Shown in pieces: positions 7,997 through 18,012 of a stretch of 64,000 bases of DNA; position 1 is the first letter of the stretch, and every line of letters starts with the position of its first letter. The position numbers and the translations under genes are program-made. The DNA is from an uncultured Ruminococcus sp. (GTDB taxonomy: Bacteria > Bacillota > Clostridia > Oscillospirales > CAG-382). The stretch lies in contig CAZJVB010000001.1 in assembly GCA_964549435.1 (NCBI GenBank), positions 69,260 through 133,259 on the forward strand, in the 5' to 3' direction. Under the pieces are notes generated by a model. That model saw only the letters and a program-made list of their open reading frames with translations, was not told where the DNA came from and ran no database searches.

Positions 7997-10702
7997 TTAT
8001 GAGGGAGTACCGAACTGCGCATAATAAGGTGTTTGGAACTTAACGGTAAATACAAATTCATAGTACGTTTCAAATTCACCTGCAACGGGGGTATCATCAT
8101 CCGGATCTTCCGGTTCAGTAGTGTCGGAAGTATCCTCTGACGTTTCCGTTTCTGTAGAAGTGCCGAACACCTTTAAAATATCCTTGGATGCAAATCCGAT
8201 TTCGTAGAGTGCGAGGTTTGCTCCGTTATATGCATCGGAATACAGCGGTAGGTAGACCTCCTCAAAGATCGTGGTTGCATCAGAAAGCTTTTCTTTAAGA
8301 TCATCCTCGCTCAGCCCCGGAAAATCTTGATTGATTTGCGTCTTCAGAGCTGAATCCAATTGAATGTCCGTATCATTTGCGTGATTGGCGATGAATTCTA
8401 ACATCTGCTGTGTGCGGGCGGTAAGCTGTTCCTCTGTTTCCGTCGGGAACAACTGCTTCAGCTGATCGTAGACGCCTTGTTCAAAGAGTTTCTGCATTGC
8501 AGCACTGTATTCTTCCGCAAACGCTTCAATAGCTTCCTTCAGCGCTTCTTCACATTCCTCGATGATTGCATTGCAGTATTCGGTGATCAAAGCGGAAAGT
8601 GCATTGTCAAGATTGGTACTGACAGTATCGGCAACTTCTACTTCTAATGAATAGTTGTACTCTTCAATAAATTGTGCTGAATCCGGAATCGCTTTCAGCG
8701 CAGAGAGGTAAGCAGAACTGTTGAGCACTTCCTGTGTTCTTTCTGTAACCTTATCGTCGATGAGAGAGACGTAAGTTGCTTCGATAGCGTCCTGCCACTG
8801 GCTGTCTTTTCTTACCAGTGTTCTGTAATTTTCCCAAAGCGTATCCGGATCGTTTAAAACTTGTTCCAAAAGCGCTTCAATTTCTTCCTCGGAGGCATCT
8901 GCATTTTCCGACTGCAGCTGTTCTTTGAGCTTCTTTTTGCGGGAACTGGTGCCGAAATCATCTACCAAATCCTGCTTGACGGTTTCTAAAGCCGCAGCGC
9001 GGAACTGTTCTTCATAGGCTTCGGTTACTTCTGCTTCCAAACCTGAGGTATAGGTGCGTTCAAGGCGCAGCACATACGTGGCAAGCAAATCATTATAAAT
9101 GCTTTCTTCTGCGGCTCTTTGCGCTTCTTCACTCGCTGTCTGATAATCGAAGTCAATTGCAGTACCGGTAATCAACTTCTGATAATGAGGCTGGATAATG
9201 TTCCAAAGGATGGATTCATAATCCGGCTCGGACAGCATCCATTCAACCTCCTGTCCGTCTTCATCCAGCGTGGTGCCGAAGACGAATTCCTGAGGCTCAA
9301 AGGTAAAGCCGATGGTTTTGGATTCGACTGCATCGATATTTTGATTTCTTGCGTCCGTCCATTTGTCTATAGAATCTCCGGCGTCTGCATCAGTGTATGC
9401 AATGAAGCAGTTTCCGGTATATGCATAATTCATGATATAATCGGAATTGATATGAACGACCTGATTGCTTTCCAAACGGTAATGCTCATTTTCCACGCCG
9501 TAAAGGAATGTATTTTGCAGATCCGCGTCCGTATATAATTCTGTCAGGATTTCCATGACGTCCGTCTGCCAGCTGGAGGGGCAAAGGGTGGAAACGCAGT
9601 AAATACTGTCAATACTATTTTCGCTGGTTGCAATCGGGACGGAATATTGGTTGTAAACGTAGTTATTTTCCGCAGCAAGCAACTCCATCTGCTCTTTAGT
9701 GCCGGAAAGAAATTTTACGGCAAACGCGACCCCTTCATCTGCGCCGGTTTGACCGGCATCGTTTACGAAATAGCCAAGTGCACTGTAGCGTGCCAGCATC
9801 GTGAGGTATTTATTGACCGTTTCGTCAGTATATGTGTTGCGGACGTAACCGCTTGCGTTGACATAAGCGGCAAAGCCATCCTCAAACATATAAGAGAAAG
9901 TAGAGGGGGTAACTGTGTTCGCAAGAGGCACGACACCGGGATTCTTCTCTTTTACAAGCGCGAGATATTCCGAGAGGTCTTCCAAGCTGTAGAGAGTTTC
10001 CTGTGCCACACCGCTGACTTCCAAAACATCTTTGTTGAACACAATATATGTATATTCTCCGATGATGGTGTTACAGGGGACGCCGTATGTCTTGTTGCCG
10101 ACTTTTGCCGCGTTGAAAAATGAGGAATGAACGTAGCTTTTAATCGCCTTGGCTTCATTGCTCAGGACGGTATCCAGTGCAGCAAGATCGCCGTTTTCTG
10201 CCAATTTCAGATAGGAGGCATAATCGGTGACAAGAAACAGATCCAAACGGGGGCATTCCAATTCGATTTCAATGCCGTTTTCCAAGTCATTCAGAATCGC
10301 CTCGCCAGACATCGCAGTATATCCTGCGGCAATGGCGCTATCCGTGAGCTTTGCAGTGTTGACAAGGGATTTTTTTTCTTCGGATTCGTTGTTTCCGCCT
10401 ATGTTGGTGCCGTTGATGTAATCGCTGACCTCTACCGTTTTGGCTTCGATCAATTCATGATATTCATCGGCTGAAACCATGACCAGTTTGACTATCGAAC
10501 CAATACGATAAAACAGCGTGCGGTTCAGCTCGTATTCTACCTCTGTGATCGCACGATCTGTTGTAGTGTCTCCGGTAATGCAATACAATGTATAAACCGG
10601 TGCCGCTGTGTCTACCAGTTCTGTCGCTCCCGAACAGGATGCCAGTACGAGCGGCAACGCCAGTACTAAAGCCAAAAACAAACAGACAACTTGCTTGCGC
10701 AT
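7997..10702 (-). CDS. Large lipoprotein: solute-binding-protein-like N-terminal half plus acidic alpha-helical C-terminal half
   Basis: Signal peptide with lipobox (LVLASC). Residues ~30-520 resemble large family-1 extracellular solute-binding proteins. The last ~380 aa are Glu/Asp/Ala/Leu-rich and end in a TSTETETSEDTSDTTEPEDPDDD tract. Confidence 0.7.
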   Translation of the reverse strand: MRKQVVCLFLALVLALPLVLASCSGATELVDTAAPVYTLYCITGDTTTDRAITEVEYELNRTLFYRIGSIVKLVMVSADEYHELIEAKTVEVSDYINGTNIGGNNESEEKKSLVNTAKLTDSAIAAGYTAMSGEAILNDLENGIEIELECPRLDLFLVTDYASYLKLAENGDLAALDTVLSNEAKAIKSYVHSSFFNAAKVGNKTYGVPCNTIIGEYTYIVFNKDVLEVSGVAQETLYSLEDLSEYLALVKEKNPGVVPLANTVTPSTFSYMFEDGFAAYVNASGYVRNTYTDETVNKYLTMLARYSALGYFVNDAGQTGADEGVAFAVKFLSGTKEQMELLAAENNYVYNQYSVPIATSENSIDSIYCVSTLCPSSWQTDVMEILTELYTDADLQNTFLYGVENEHYRLESNQVVHINSDYIMNYAYTGNCFIAYTDADAGDSIDKWTDARNQNIDAVESKTIGFTFEPQEFVFGTTLDEDGQEVEWMLSEPDYESILWNIIQPHYQKLITGTAIDFDYQTASEEAQRAAEESIYNDLLATYVLRLERTYTSGLEAEVTEAYEEQFRAAALETVKQDLVDDFGTSSRKKKLKEQLQSENADASEEEIEALLEQVLNDPDTLWENYRTLVRKDSQWQDAIEATYVSLIDDKVTERTQEVLNSSAYLSALKAIPDSAQFIEEYNYSLEVEVADTVSTNLDNALSALITEYCNAIIEECEEALKEAIEAFAEEYSAAMQKLFEQGVYDQLKQLFPTETEEQLTARTQQMLEFIANHANDTDIQLDSALKTQINQDFPGLSEDDLKEKLSDATTIFEEVYLPLYSDAYNGANLALYEIGFASKDILKVFGTSTETETSEDTSDTTEPEDPDDDTPVAGEFETYYEFVFTVKFQTPYYAQFGTPS

Positions 10703-10821
10703 AATCGAACCTCCTAAAGGACCAAATTCACATCATACTATGACTACAAGCATTATACAATAGTTTTTATTCTTTGTCAAGGTTTGAATCTATCAATATC
10801 TTGTTAAAAAACTTATGGATG

Positions 10822-10850
10822 TTGCATAACTTCCCTTTTTGTGGTATGAT
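10822..10850 (+). promoter_or_regulatory. Sigma-A-type promoter (TTGCAT-17-TGgTATGAT) upstream of the GNAT gene
   Basis: -35 TTGCAT, 17-nt spacer, extended -10. It lies about 147 nt upstream of the GNAT ATG. Confidence 0.5.
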
Positions 10851-10996
10851 AAAGTCGGTTGATGGCCGAAGCAAAAGGTTGCGATTGCATTCCGTCCGAA
10901 AGAAAACAATTGTTCCACATGGTCTGCAAAAGAAGCTGTGTATATGACAGAAACAGGGAACAGAAAGTAATAAAATAAAAACAGGGGAGTCCTTCT

Positions 10997-11593
10997 ATGG
11001 ATGATTTACTTTACCGACGTCTTTTTTCCGATCTGCCGGATTTATATACCGATCGGCTGCTATTACGCAGGCTTCGGCACGGGGACGTTTATGATGTCAA
11101 TGAGTATGCCTGCCTTGAAGAGGTGCCTCGCTATCTTCTCTGGACGCCGCATTTGAATTTGCGCGAGACACAGGGGTATTTGGAGTTTATGCTAAAACGT
11201 TACCGGAAGGGCCTGCATTCCGATTGGGGTGTTACGCTGTCCGATAGCGGAAAGGTGATCGGAACCTGCGGGTTTACCGCTGTAGATTTGCAGAATGAAA
11301 GCTGCGAACTCGGATATGTCCTTTCCCCTGCATATTGGGGGAAGGGATATATGGATGAGGCGTTTGCCGCTGTCCTGCGGGTTGCTTTCGGTACGTTGAA
11401 AGCGCATCGTGTTACGCTGCGGATTTTGGAGCATAACGTGCCCTCCGTCCGTTTTGCGCTGCGCCACGGTTTTCGCTTGGAAGGAAAGGCGATAGACGCC
11501 TTACTAGTCAAAGGGAAATACCGTACAGTCTGTTATTATGCACTTCTGCGAGAGGAATATTTCGGTGAAAGGGAAGAGACGCTTCTTAAGTGA
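10997..11593 (+). CDS. GNAT-family N-acetyltransferase (RimJ/RimL-like)
   Basis: 198 aa. N-terminal LLLRRL segment and a GNAT core (GYVLSPAYWGKGYMDEA, HRVTLRILEHNVPS). Confidence 0.85.
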   Translation: MDDLLYRRLFSDLPDLYTDRLLLRRLRHGDVYDVNEYACLEEVPRYLLWTPHLNLRETQGYLEFMLKRYRKGLHSDWGVTLSDSGKVIGTCGFTAVDLQNESCELGYVLSPAYWGKGYMDEAFAAVLRVAFGTLKAHRVTLRILEHNVPSVRFALRHGFRLEGKAIDALLVKGKYRTVCYYALLREEYFGEREETLLK

Positions 11594-11640
11594 ATAAATG
11601 GCTGCGTGGGATCAAAAAATGCGATGCCGTAACGAAGGTG

Positions 11641-11687
11641 AAAAATGGGGACGGCTATGAACAGCTGTCCCCATTTTTGTTGTTTTT
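11641..11687 (+). terminator. Rho-independent terminator after the GNAT gene
   Basis: ATGGGGACGGCT/AGCTGTCCCCAT stem followed by TTTTTGTTGTTTTT. Confidence 0.7.
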
Positions 11688-11894
11688 ACCTTCTGAATGT
11701 GACTTATATAATCTCCGTTTTCGAGGGCAATGTCTACGGCAGGGTCATTTTCTTTCCATGTGGCAAAACCGCCGTCTTTAAAATCCGACTGTATTCTTCC
11801 TTTTAACGAAAAAATACACAAGTGACCGGAACACGCACTTATTCTGGTGCACAGCTTTCTTTGTTTTTATAGGGCCGGTACCTTCCTCAATTAT

Positions 11895-11924
11895 ATAAGA
11901 AAAACAACGCAAGGCGTTGTTTTT
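11895..11924 (-). terminator. Rho-independent (bidirectional) terminator after rpmB
   Basis: AAACAACGC-AAG-GCGTTGTTT hairpin flanked by A and T runs. Confidence 0.65.
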
Positions 11925-11979
11925 GATAATTGGCGGTAACTTTTTGCCGGTTTTGCTGACGAAAAATCCGTCTTAAGTT

Positions 11980-12168
11980 TTATACGGCTCTGGTAACCTT
12001 GCCGCTTCTCAAACAGCGGGAGCAAACGGCAATCTTTTTGTTAGAACCATTTACGACAGCGTTGACCTTTCTGATGTTTGCTTTCCAGGTTCTTGCCGTC
12101 TTTCTGTTAGAATGGGAGACATTGTGACCGAAAGACAAACCCTTTCCGCAAATGCTGCATTTTGCCAT
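11980..12168 (-). CDS. rpmB: 50S ribosomal protein L28
   Basis: 62 aa (MAKCSICGKGLSFGHNVSHSNRKTARTWKANI...). GGAGGT RBS. I used the internal ATG at 12168 rather than the ORF-track start. Confidence 0.93.
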   Translation of the reverse strand: MAKCSICGKGLSFGHNVSHSNRKTARTWKANIRKVNAVVNGSNKKIAVCSRCLRSGKVTRAV

Positions 12169-12211
12169 ATCTATACACCTCCAAATAGCTTCATAAATTC
12201 GCGAACAATTT

Positions 12212-12240
12212 AATATACTATATTTTTTGCCCTTTGTCAA
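12212..12240 (-). promoter_or_regulatory. Sigma-A-type promoter for rpmB (TTGACA-17-TATATT)
   Basis: Consensus -35 and a near-consensus -10 on the minus strand, overlapping the murC stop region. Confidence 0.55.
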
Positions 12241-13625
12241 GAGATTTTGCCGGATTTTTTGAATTTTTCCGCTACAATTCCGATATCACCTGCTCCCATG
12301 ATAAGAACCGTATCGCCGGGAGAGGCGATTTGCTCCAAATAATCCGGAATGCTGTCCTTTTCTTCTATGTAGACTGCGCCGGTTTTTTCTGCGAGCAATG
12401 CCGAAGATACTTCGTTTCCGGCTGCTTCGCGTGCCGCATATAATTTGGTCAGGATAAGCAGATCGGCATCGGAAAATGCATTGCAAAAGTCACTGAACAG
12501 ATCGTGAAGTCTGGAGTAATTGTGCGGTTGGAAGACGCAGATGACTCTCCCTTGGGTAATGGCTCTGGCTGCCGAGAGAGTGGCACGGATTTCATCCGGA
12601 TGGTGCGCATAATCGTCAAATAACCGCGCACCGTTTAGTTCACAAAGAAATTCAAACCGGCGATGAACCCCGTGGTAGGAATGTAATCCCTCTGCGATTT
12701 CATCCGGCGACAGACCGCCGGAAATAGCAGCGGCAACGGCGGCAAGCGCGTTGGCTATATTGTGCTCGCCCGGTACGCTTAGCTCCGCATGAAGCAGAAA
12801 TTCCCCGTGACAATAGACGTCAAACTTTCCGAAGCCGCTTTCGAGATCCACATTCTGCGCGGAATAAGTTGCTTCAGGGGCGCCGGATGCGCTGAAGGAG
12901 AGCAAGGTTCCTCCACAGGAGGTTGCCGCGGCGCGGCAGTTTTCGCAATCATAATTGATTACGCGGATTCCCTGTTCTCCGGCGTTTTTCAGGAACTTGG
13001 AGAAAGAACCGATCATCTGACCGATAGAATGGAAATAATCCGTATGATCTAACTGGATATTGAGGATGACCGCGATCTTTGGAAAAAAGGAGAGGAAGCT
13101 GTCTTTATATTCGCAGGCTTCGAAAATGAAATTTTCATCTCTGCCGATACGGTAGGCAGCGTTTAGTTCCGGGAGGACGGCGCCGACAACGACGGTAGGA
13201 TCAAATCGGGAACTGCTCATAAAGAGGTGCGCCAGCATGCCGGAGGTCGTCGATTTGCCGTGCGTTCCCGCTACTGCAATCGAACGGGGATAGGAAGCTG
13301 CGATACACCCGAGCAGTTCTGCGCGGGAGAGGATCTGCGCGCCGGATTCCTTTGCGAGCAGCATTTGCGGATGCTCCGATGTGACCGCAGCCGTGTAGCA
13401 AACAAGATCTACACCGCGGAATGCTGCCCTGTCGTCAGTCAGCCAGATCTGTATCCCCGCTTCGCGAAGGCGATCCAGCACTTCGGAGTCGGTTCTGTCA
13501 TAGCCGCGTACCTCAAAGCCCTTTTCCGTTAAAATCATCGCCAGGGCGGACATGCTAATTCCGCCGATACCGATTAGATATACGCAACGATGCCGCTTCA
13601 ATTCAACAATATTCATAAGTAACAA
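12237..13625 (-). CDS. murC: UDP-N-acetylmuramate--L-alanine ligase
   Basis: 462 aa. IGIGGISMSALA nucleotide-binding N-terminus and the GTHGKSTT Mur ligase P-loop. Confidence 0.95.
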   Translation of the reverse strand: MLLMNIVELKRHRCVYLIGIGGISMSALAMILTEKGFEVRGYDRTDSEVLDRLREAGIQIWLTDDRAAFRGVDLVCYTAAVTSEHPQMLLAKESGAQILSRAELLGCIAASYPRSIAVAGTHGKSTTSGMLAHLFMSSSRFDPTVVVGAVLPELNAAYRIGRDENFIFEACEYKDSFLSFFPKIAVILNIQLDHTDYFHSIGQMIGSFSKFLKNAGEQGIRVINYDCENCRAAATSCGGTLLSFSASGAPEATYSAQNVDLESGFGKFDVYCHGEFLLHAELSVPGEHNIANALAAVAAAISGGLSPDEIAEGLHSYHGVHRRFEFLCELNGARLFDDYAHHPDEIRATLSAARAITQGRVICVFQPHNYSRLHDLFSDFCNAFSDADLLILTKLYAAREAAGNEVSSALLAEKTGAVYIEEKDSIPDYLEQIASPGDTVLIMGAGDIGIVAEKFKKSGKIS

Positions 13626-13750
13626 AACGACCTTCCGGAAGAATTCTTTTCCAACAAAAGGATACTTTACATTATATCATTCTTTCCGTAAAAAGGGAAG
13701 TGGTTTCGGAAAATTTTTCTATGGAAAAGATTGGAAGCGCGGTGCCACTA

Positions 13751-13789
13751 CAAAAAACCGGGATGTTTTTACAACGAAAAACGTCCCGG
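13751..13789 (-). terminator. Rho-independent terminator after the 498-aa SBP gene
   Basis: CCGGGACGTTTTT/AAAAACATCCCGG hairpin followed on the minus strand by TTTTTT. Confidence 0.65.
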
Positions 13790-13809
13790 CGAAGAGTATT
13801 TCTGTTTCC

Positions 13810-15306
13810 TCAGTTGATGCTGCTTTTGTAGGCGTCAATGGTTTCCTGCATAGCGGTTTCTACTGCAATACGAATTCCATCCCATTTGGAAACCAAGTCA
13901 TTACTGTTTTGATACAAAAGATAACTATATACACCGATAAGCTGTCCCCCCCAGTCGAAAATGCCGCCGAGGTCGTAAATACGGCTGTTGCTGACGAGGT
14001 CCAGCATATAGGAATCGTCATCATCCGTGACAGATTGCAGCTTCAGCGTCGTCTCATAGAAAGCGGTCGTGACGCTGTTGGTTCCGAAGAGGGAATCACT
14101 GCTGCTGTAATAGCCGAGCAGCTCCATCAGATAGCAGGTCGCATTCAGGTTCTCTGTATTGGTAACCGGAATGCCCATGACGTCAGATTGGTAAGCATTA
14201 ACGCCGCAATAGTAGCTATCCTGGGCTTCGTTGTATTTCGGAATCGGCACGACACCGGGATTGACTTTATCGGTCAAGTCACTTTCCTTGATGTTGAGAA
14301 GCGTATCGATATAAGCGATACGGAACAGGGCATGGTTGGATACAAACATGTTCAACACATCGTCCCATTTGGATTCTGCAGTGAGCTGTTCGACATAAAG
14401 AGAGGTGGTACTGTCCTTAAGCATTTCGTAGACATAGCCAAATGCATTGAGTGAACGTTCCGTAGCGACATTGAGCACGATGTTGCCCTGTTCGTCTTTG
14501 GATGCCGTCACTGTTCCGGAGCCGTTGGTCAGCATAGTGGCACCGGTGTATCCGTCCGTGGTGATTCCGTAATAGGCGCCGGAAGTCATCCAGTTTCCGT
14601 CGTCATCGGGACGTGCGAATTCCTTTGCCATTGAGTACATCAATTCATAGGTCCATTCTCCATCCTTTACGATATCGTAAAGAGAACCGTAGCGTGACTC
14701 GAAATATGTGGCGTAAAGATCCTTGTTAAAGAAGACGGCGGATGTCATCAGATCATCCGTAAAGATCGCATCGCCGGCAACAAAGAAAATTTTATCGGAC
14801 AGTGTCAGGTAGGCATTTGCGTTCTGGTCCCACCAAGGCTGATTGAGCTCCAGCATATCGTTCAGCGAGTAGAACCAGTTTTCCACGACTGTCGGAACCA
14901 TGTAGTAAACCGCATCGCAGACGATGTCGTAATCGTCAATGTTTGTGGCGATGTAGTTCCCGATCTCGGTACCGGGTCGGGTGGTTTCCTCTACATTGAT
15001 TTTGATGCCGTATTTTTCTTCGATATAATCGTTGCGATTCTGAACGGCGGTGTTGATGACCGAACCCTCATATTCCTCGTTTGGGACAAACTGTTGGGAG
15101 TAGCGTTTGGAACGGGTGAGGATAGTGATTTCCGTATCACCAAAGTTTTTTTCTTCCAAAGGAAATTGATTATCTGCAACAGATGTGGTGTTTGACGTGC
15201 CTCCGGATGAGGAGGGCTGTTTTTCCGCGCTTTCTTGCCCGCATGCAGTTGCGAACGGAATCAATAGCAACAAAAGCGTCAGAAACAGAATCAGGCTCTT
15301 TTTCAT
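13810..15306 (-). CDS. Extracellular solute-binding lipoprotein (large family-1 ABC substrate-binding protein), orphan
   Basis: Start taken at the internal ATG (MKKSLILFLTLLLLLIPFATAC, lipobox). At ~498 aa its size and composition fit the large sugar-type SBPs. No permease gene is adjacent. Confidence 0.8.
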   Translation of the reverse strand: MKKSLILFLTLLLLLIPFATACGQESAEKQPSSSGGTSNTTSVADNQFPLEEKNFGDTEITILTRSKRYSQQFVPNEEYEGSVINTAVQNRNDYIEEKYGIKINVEETTRPGTEIGNYIATNIDDYDIVCDAVYYMVPTVVENWFYSLNDMLELNQPWWDQNANAYLTLSDKIFFVAGDAIFTDDLMTSAVFFNKDLYATYFESRYGSLYDIVKDGEWTYELMYSMAKEFARPDDDGNWMTSGAYYGITTDGYTGATMLTNGSGTVTASKDEQGNIVLNVATERSLNAFGYVYEMLKDSTTSLYVEQLTAESKWDDVLNMFVSNHALFRIAYIDTLLNIKESDLTDKVNPGVVPIPKYNEAQDSYYCGVNAYQSDVMGIPVTNTENLNATCYLMELLGYYSSSDSLFGTNSVTTAFYETTLKLQSVTDDDDSYMLDLVSNSRIYDLGGIFDWGGQLIGVYSYLLYQNSNDLVSKWDGIRIAVETAMQETIDAYKSSIN

Positions 15307-15352
15307 GGAGTCGCTTCCTTTCTTCAATAATATTATTAAATAATTATCTTTA

Positions 15353-15381
15353 ATTATATTCCGTTTTTGTTGTTTTGTCAA
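15353..15381 (-). promoter_or_regulatory. Consensus sigma-A promoter (TTGACA-17-TATAAT) for the SBP gene
   Basis: Perfect -35 and -10 hexamers with a 17-nt spacer, about 47 nt upstream of the ATG. Confidence 0.65.
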
Positions 15382-15399
15382 GGTACATTGCAAAAATAT

Positions 15400-15440
15400 G
15401 GAAAGAAGAAAAGAGACGCCGCATGATTGTGCGGCGCCTC
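15400..15440 (-). terminator. Rho-independent terminator after gap
   Basis: GAGGCGCCGCA/TGCGGCGTCTC hairpin (one mismatch) followed by a U-rich tract on the minus strand. Confidence 0.65.
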
Positions 15441-15455
15441 TGCAAGACTTAGGTC

Positions 15456-16517
15456 TTATTTGCTTAACTCAGCAAAATATTTGATTGTGCGAACCATCTG
15501 AGAAACATAGGAATTTTCATTGTCGTACCAAGAAACGACCTGCACCTGGTAAGAATCCTCGTCAACCTTGCAAACCATGGTCTGAGTAGCATCGAACAGA
15601 GAACCGTAGGTCATGCCGATAACATCGGAGGATACGATCTGGTCGGTGTTGTAGCCGAAGGATTCGGTTGCAGCGGCTTTCATTGCCTCATTGACGGAAG
15701 CCTCGGTGACGTCCTTCCCCTTAACGACAGCAACCAGAATCGTGGTGGAACCGGTAGCGGTCGGAATACGCTGTGCAGAGCCGATGAGCTTTCCTTTCAG
15801 TTCGGGAATAACGAGACCGATCGCCTTTGCAGCGCCGGTGGAGTTCGGAACGATGTTCATCGCACCCGCTCTGGATCTTCTCAGGTCGCCCTTTCTCTGA
15901 GGACCGTCAAGAATCATCTGGTCGCCGGTATAAGCATGAACCGTGGTCATGATACCGGAGAGAATCGGATAAGCATTGTTCAGTGCCTGTGCCATCGGAG
16001 CGAGGCAGTTGGTAGTACAGGAAGCAGCAGAAATGATCTTGTCGTCAGCGGTCAGAATGTTGTTGTTGACATTGAAGACAATGGTCTTGGGCTGCTCGAA
16101 ATGGTCGGGATCCTTCTTGTTGGAAGCCGGAGCAGAGATAACAACCTTCTTCGCACCTGCAATGATATGCTTGTTCGCATCAGCAATATCGGTATAGAAA
16201 CCGGTGCACTCCAAAACGACATCGACCTGCAAAGCCGCCCAAGGGCAGTTGGCAGCATCCTTCTCTGCATAGATCTTGATTGCCTTTCCGTCGACAACGA
16301 TAGAATCCTCCGTAGCCTCGACGGTGTGAAGCGGCTCTTTGCCGAACTTACCGCAGAAAGCACCCTGCGCAGTATCATACTTGAGCAAATGTGCGAGCAT
16401 TTTAGGGCTGGTCAGATCGTTGATGGCAACAACCTCATAGCCTTCAGCGTCAAACATCTGACGGAACGCCAGACGACCGATGCGACCGAAGCCGTTAATT
16501 GCAACTTTAACAGACAT
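15456..16517 (-). CDS. gap: Type I glyceraldehyde-3-phosphate dehydrogenase
   Basis: 353 aa with INGFGRIGR and the SCTTNCLAP active-site motif. Confidence 0.96.
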   Translation of the reverse strand: MSVKVAINGFGRIGRLAFRQMFDAEGYEVVAINDLTSPKMLAHLLKYDTAQGAFCGKFGKEPLHTVEATEDSIVVDGKAIKIYAEKDAANCPWAALQVDVVLECTGFYTDIADANKHIIAGAKKVVISAPASNKKDPDHFEQPKTIVFNVNNNILTADDKIISAASCTTNCLAPMAQALNNAYPILSGIMTTVHAYTGDQMILDGPQRKGDLRRSRAGAMNIVPNSTGAAKAIGLVIPELKGKLIGSAQRIPTATGSTTILVAVVKGKDVTEASVNEAMKAAATESFGYNTDQIVSSDVIGMTYGSLFDATQTMVCKVDEDSYQVQVVSWYDNENSYVSQMVRTIKYFAELSK

Positions 16518-16622
16518 GAGACAATACCTCCAAAAATAAAATTCTTTTGTTTGGTTTCCTTTTTTTACCGTCTGTTATTGTATAACAAAACTTTGAAAAA
16601 AACAAGGGCTTATCATGAAATT

Positions 16623-17318
16623 TTATCCTTTAAAAGAACTATTTTCTTGTCCATTTTTTCCAATATAGTTGCGGATACGCAGTTTGGCGTGGCAGCGGTC
16701 CGCAATTGCCCGGCACATAGCAAGCTGGTATTTGTCCAGTGTTTCTCCTACGACGGACATCTGCACGTCCGGCACATGTCGGGTGCACGCTTCTGTAAAG
16801 GAGAGCATTGCTTCATATGCCTTTTTGCCGTAAACAGGATGGCAGAGTGAGACATAGTCCTGTGCGTCCGGCGTATTCAGGCTGATGGAAACGCAGTCGA
16901 TCAGCCCTTCAAATCGGGGTGTAACATCCTCGCCGTATAGAAGCGGAGCCTGTCCGTTGGTGTTGAGACGGATCGGCGTGCGATAGGAAGCCTTCAGTTT
17001 TGCCGCAGTTTCCAACAGGGTATCCAACCGCATTGTCGGCTCTCCGTACCCGCAAAAGACGAATTCCTTACAAGCCGGAAAGTAAAGAGCCTGCACTGCG
17101 GAAAATGCTTCTTCTGCCGATGGCTCGATTTCCAGCCAAAGGCTGCCGCTTCCGTAGGCGCCGTCTCCGTTATGCCGGATGCAGAAGGAACAATCGTTTG
17201 TACAGCGGTTGGTCAGATTGATGTAAATGCCGTTTTCTACACGGTATGCGAAATTCTTAGCCTTCAATGCGAAAGAGCCTCCTTGCGTTTTCTTCTGCGA
17301 GGCGTTCCACCGTTTCAT
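16623..17318 (-). CDS. TatD-associated radical SAM protein
   Basis: CTNDCSFC (CxxxCxxC) cluster motif. The gene overlaps the tatD 3' end. A TTG at 17267 behind AAGGAGG is a plausible alternative start (215 aa). Confidence 0.8.
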   Translation of the reverse strand: MKRWNASQKKTQGGSFALKAKNFAYRVENGIYINLTNRCTNDCSFCIRHNGDGAYGSGSLWLEIEPSAEEAFSAVQALYFPACKEFVFCGYGEPTMRLDTLLETAAKLKASYRTPIRLNTNGQAPLLYGEDVTPRFEGLIDCVSISLNTPDAQDYVSLCHPVYGKKAYEAMLSFTEACTRHVPDVQMSVVGETLDKYQLAMCRAIADRCHAKLRIRNYIGKNGQENSSFKG

Positions 17319-18012
17319 ACGGGACCTGCCGGATTTCCGAGAGCTTTTGTATGGTATATGACATTTTGCCGCTGTCGTTGCGCGTGCCGCGGAAAGGAAC
17401 GGGCGTCAGGTATGGGCAGTCCGTTTCGGTGAGAAACCGGTTATCCGGTACCATCGATGCAACTTCGACAGACTGCCTTGCATTGCGGAAGGTTACGACG
17501 CCGGAAAAGGAAAGGTACCAGCCGGCAGCCAGCAGCTGTTTTGCCATTTCCACGCTGCCTGAATAGGAGTGAAAGACGCCCTTTACAGTAGGAAATTCGT
17601 GCAGGATGGAGAGGATATCCCCGTGCGCTTCCCGATCGTGGATCACAACCGGATAGCCGGTCCTTTCGGCGAGCGAAAGCTGCGCTCTGAAGGTCTCCTG
17701 CTGAACGCTGCGGGGCGGTGTTTCGTAATGATAATCCAGACCGATTTCTCCGATGGCGACTGCCTTCGGGTGCTGCAGCATCTGTTCGATAGCTGTAAGC
17801 TCCCGATGCCCCGCATGCTCGGGATGAATGCCGACTGCGGCGTACATGTGTTCATGTGCTTCGGCAAGCTGAAGCGCGGCAGTTGAGCTTTTCACCGAGC
17901 AACCGATATTCACAATGCCGCTGACGCCTTGCTCGCCGAACATTCGAGCAAACAACGCTTCCCGGTCTTCATCGTACATTCGGTCATCATAGTGTGCATG
18001 TGAGTCAAACAT
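17257..18012 (-). CDS. tatD: TatD-family metal-dependent hydrolase/DNase
   Basis: 251 aa with MFDSHAHYDD and other His/Asp metal-ligand motifs. Its start shares a base with the metG stop. Confidence 0.9.
   Translation of the reverse strand: MFDSHAHYDDRMYDEDREALFARMFGEQGVSGIVNIGCSVKSSTAALQLAEAHEHMYAAVGIHPEHAGHRELTAIEQMLQHPKAVAIGEIGLDYHYETPPRSVQQETFRAQLSLAERTGYPVVIHDREAHGDILSILHEFPTVKGVFHSYSGSVEMAKQLLAAGWYLSFSGVVTFRNARQSVEVASMVPDNRFLTETDCPYLTPVPFRGTRNDSGKMSYTIQKLSEIRQVPYETVERLAEENARRLFRIEG

Noticed and set aside
11612-11821. 69-codon minus-strand ORF (TTG start) between the GNAT gene and rpmB; possible gene remnant
   Set aside because: It has no RBS and runs straight through the GNAT terminator hairpin, and I recognise no family. 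It could be a degraded fragment, but I cannot support that from the sequence alone.
13552-14454. 300-aa plus-strand ORF overlapping the murC upstream region and the SBP gene
   Set aside because: It is antisense to a gene with a clear lipoprotein signal and SBP character. There is no RBS and the composition is not protein-like.
15936-16850. 304-aa plus-strand ORF antisense to gap and the radical SAM gene
   Set aside because: It shadows the highly conserved GAPDH gene on the opposite strand and has no start context.
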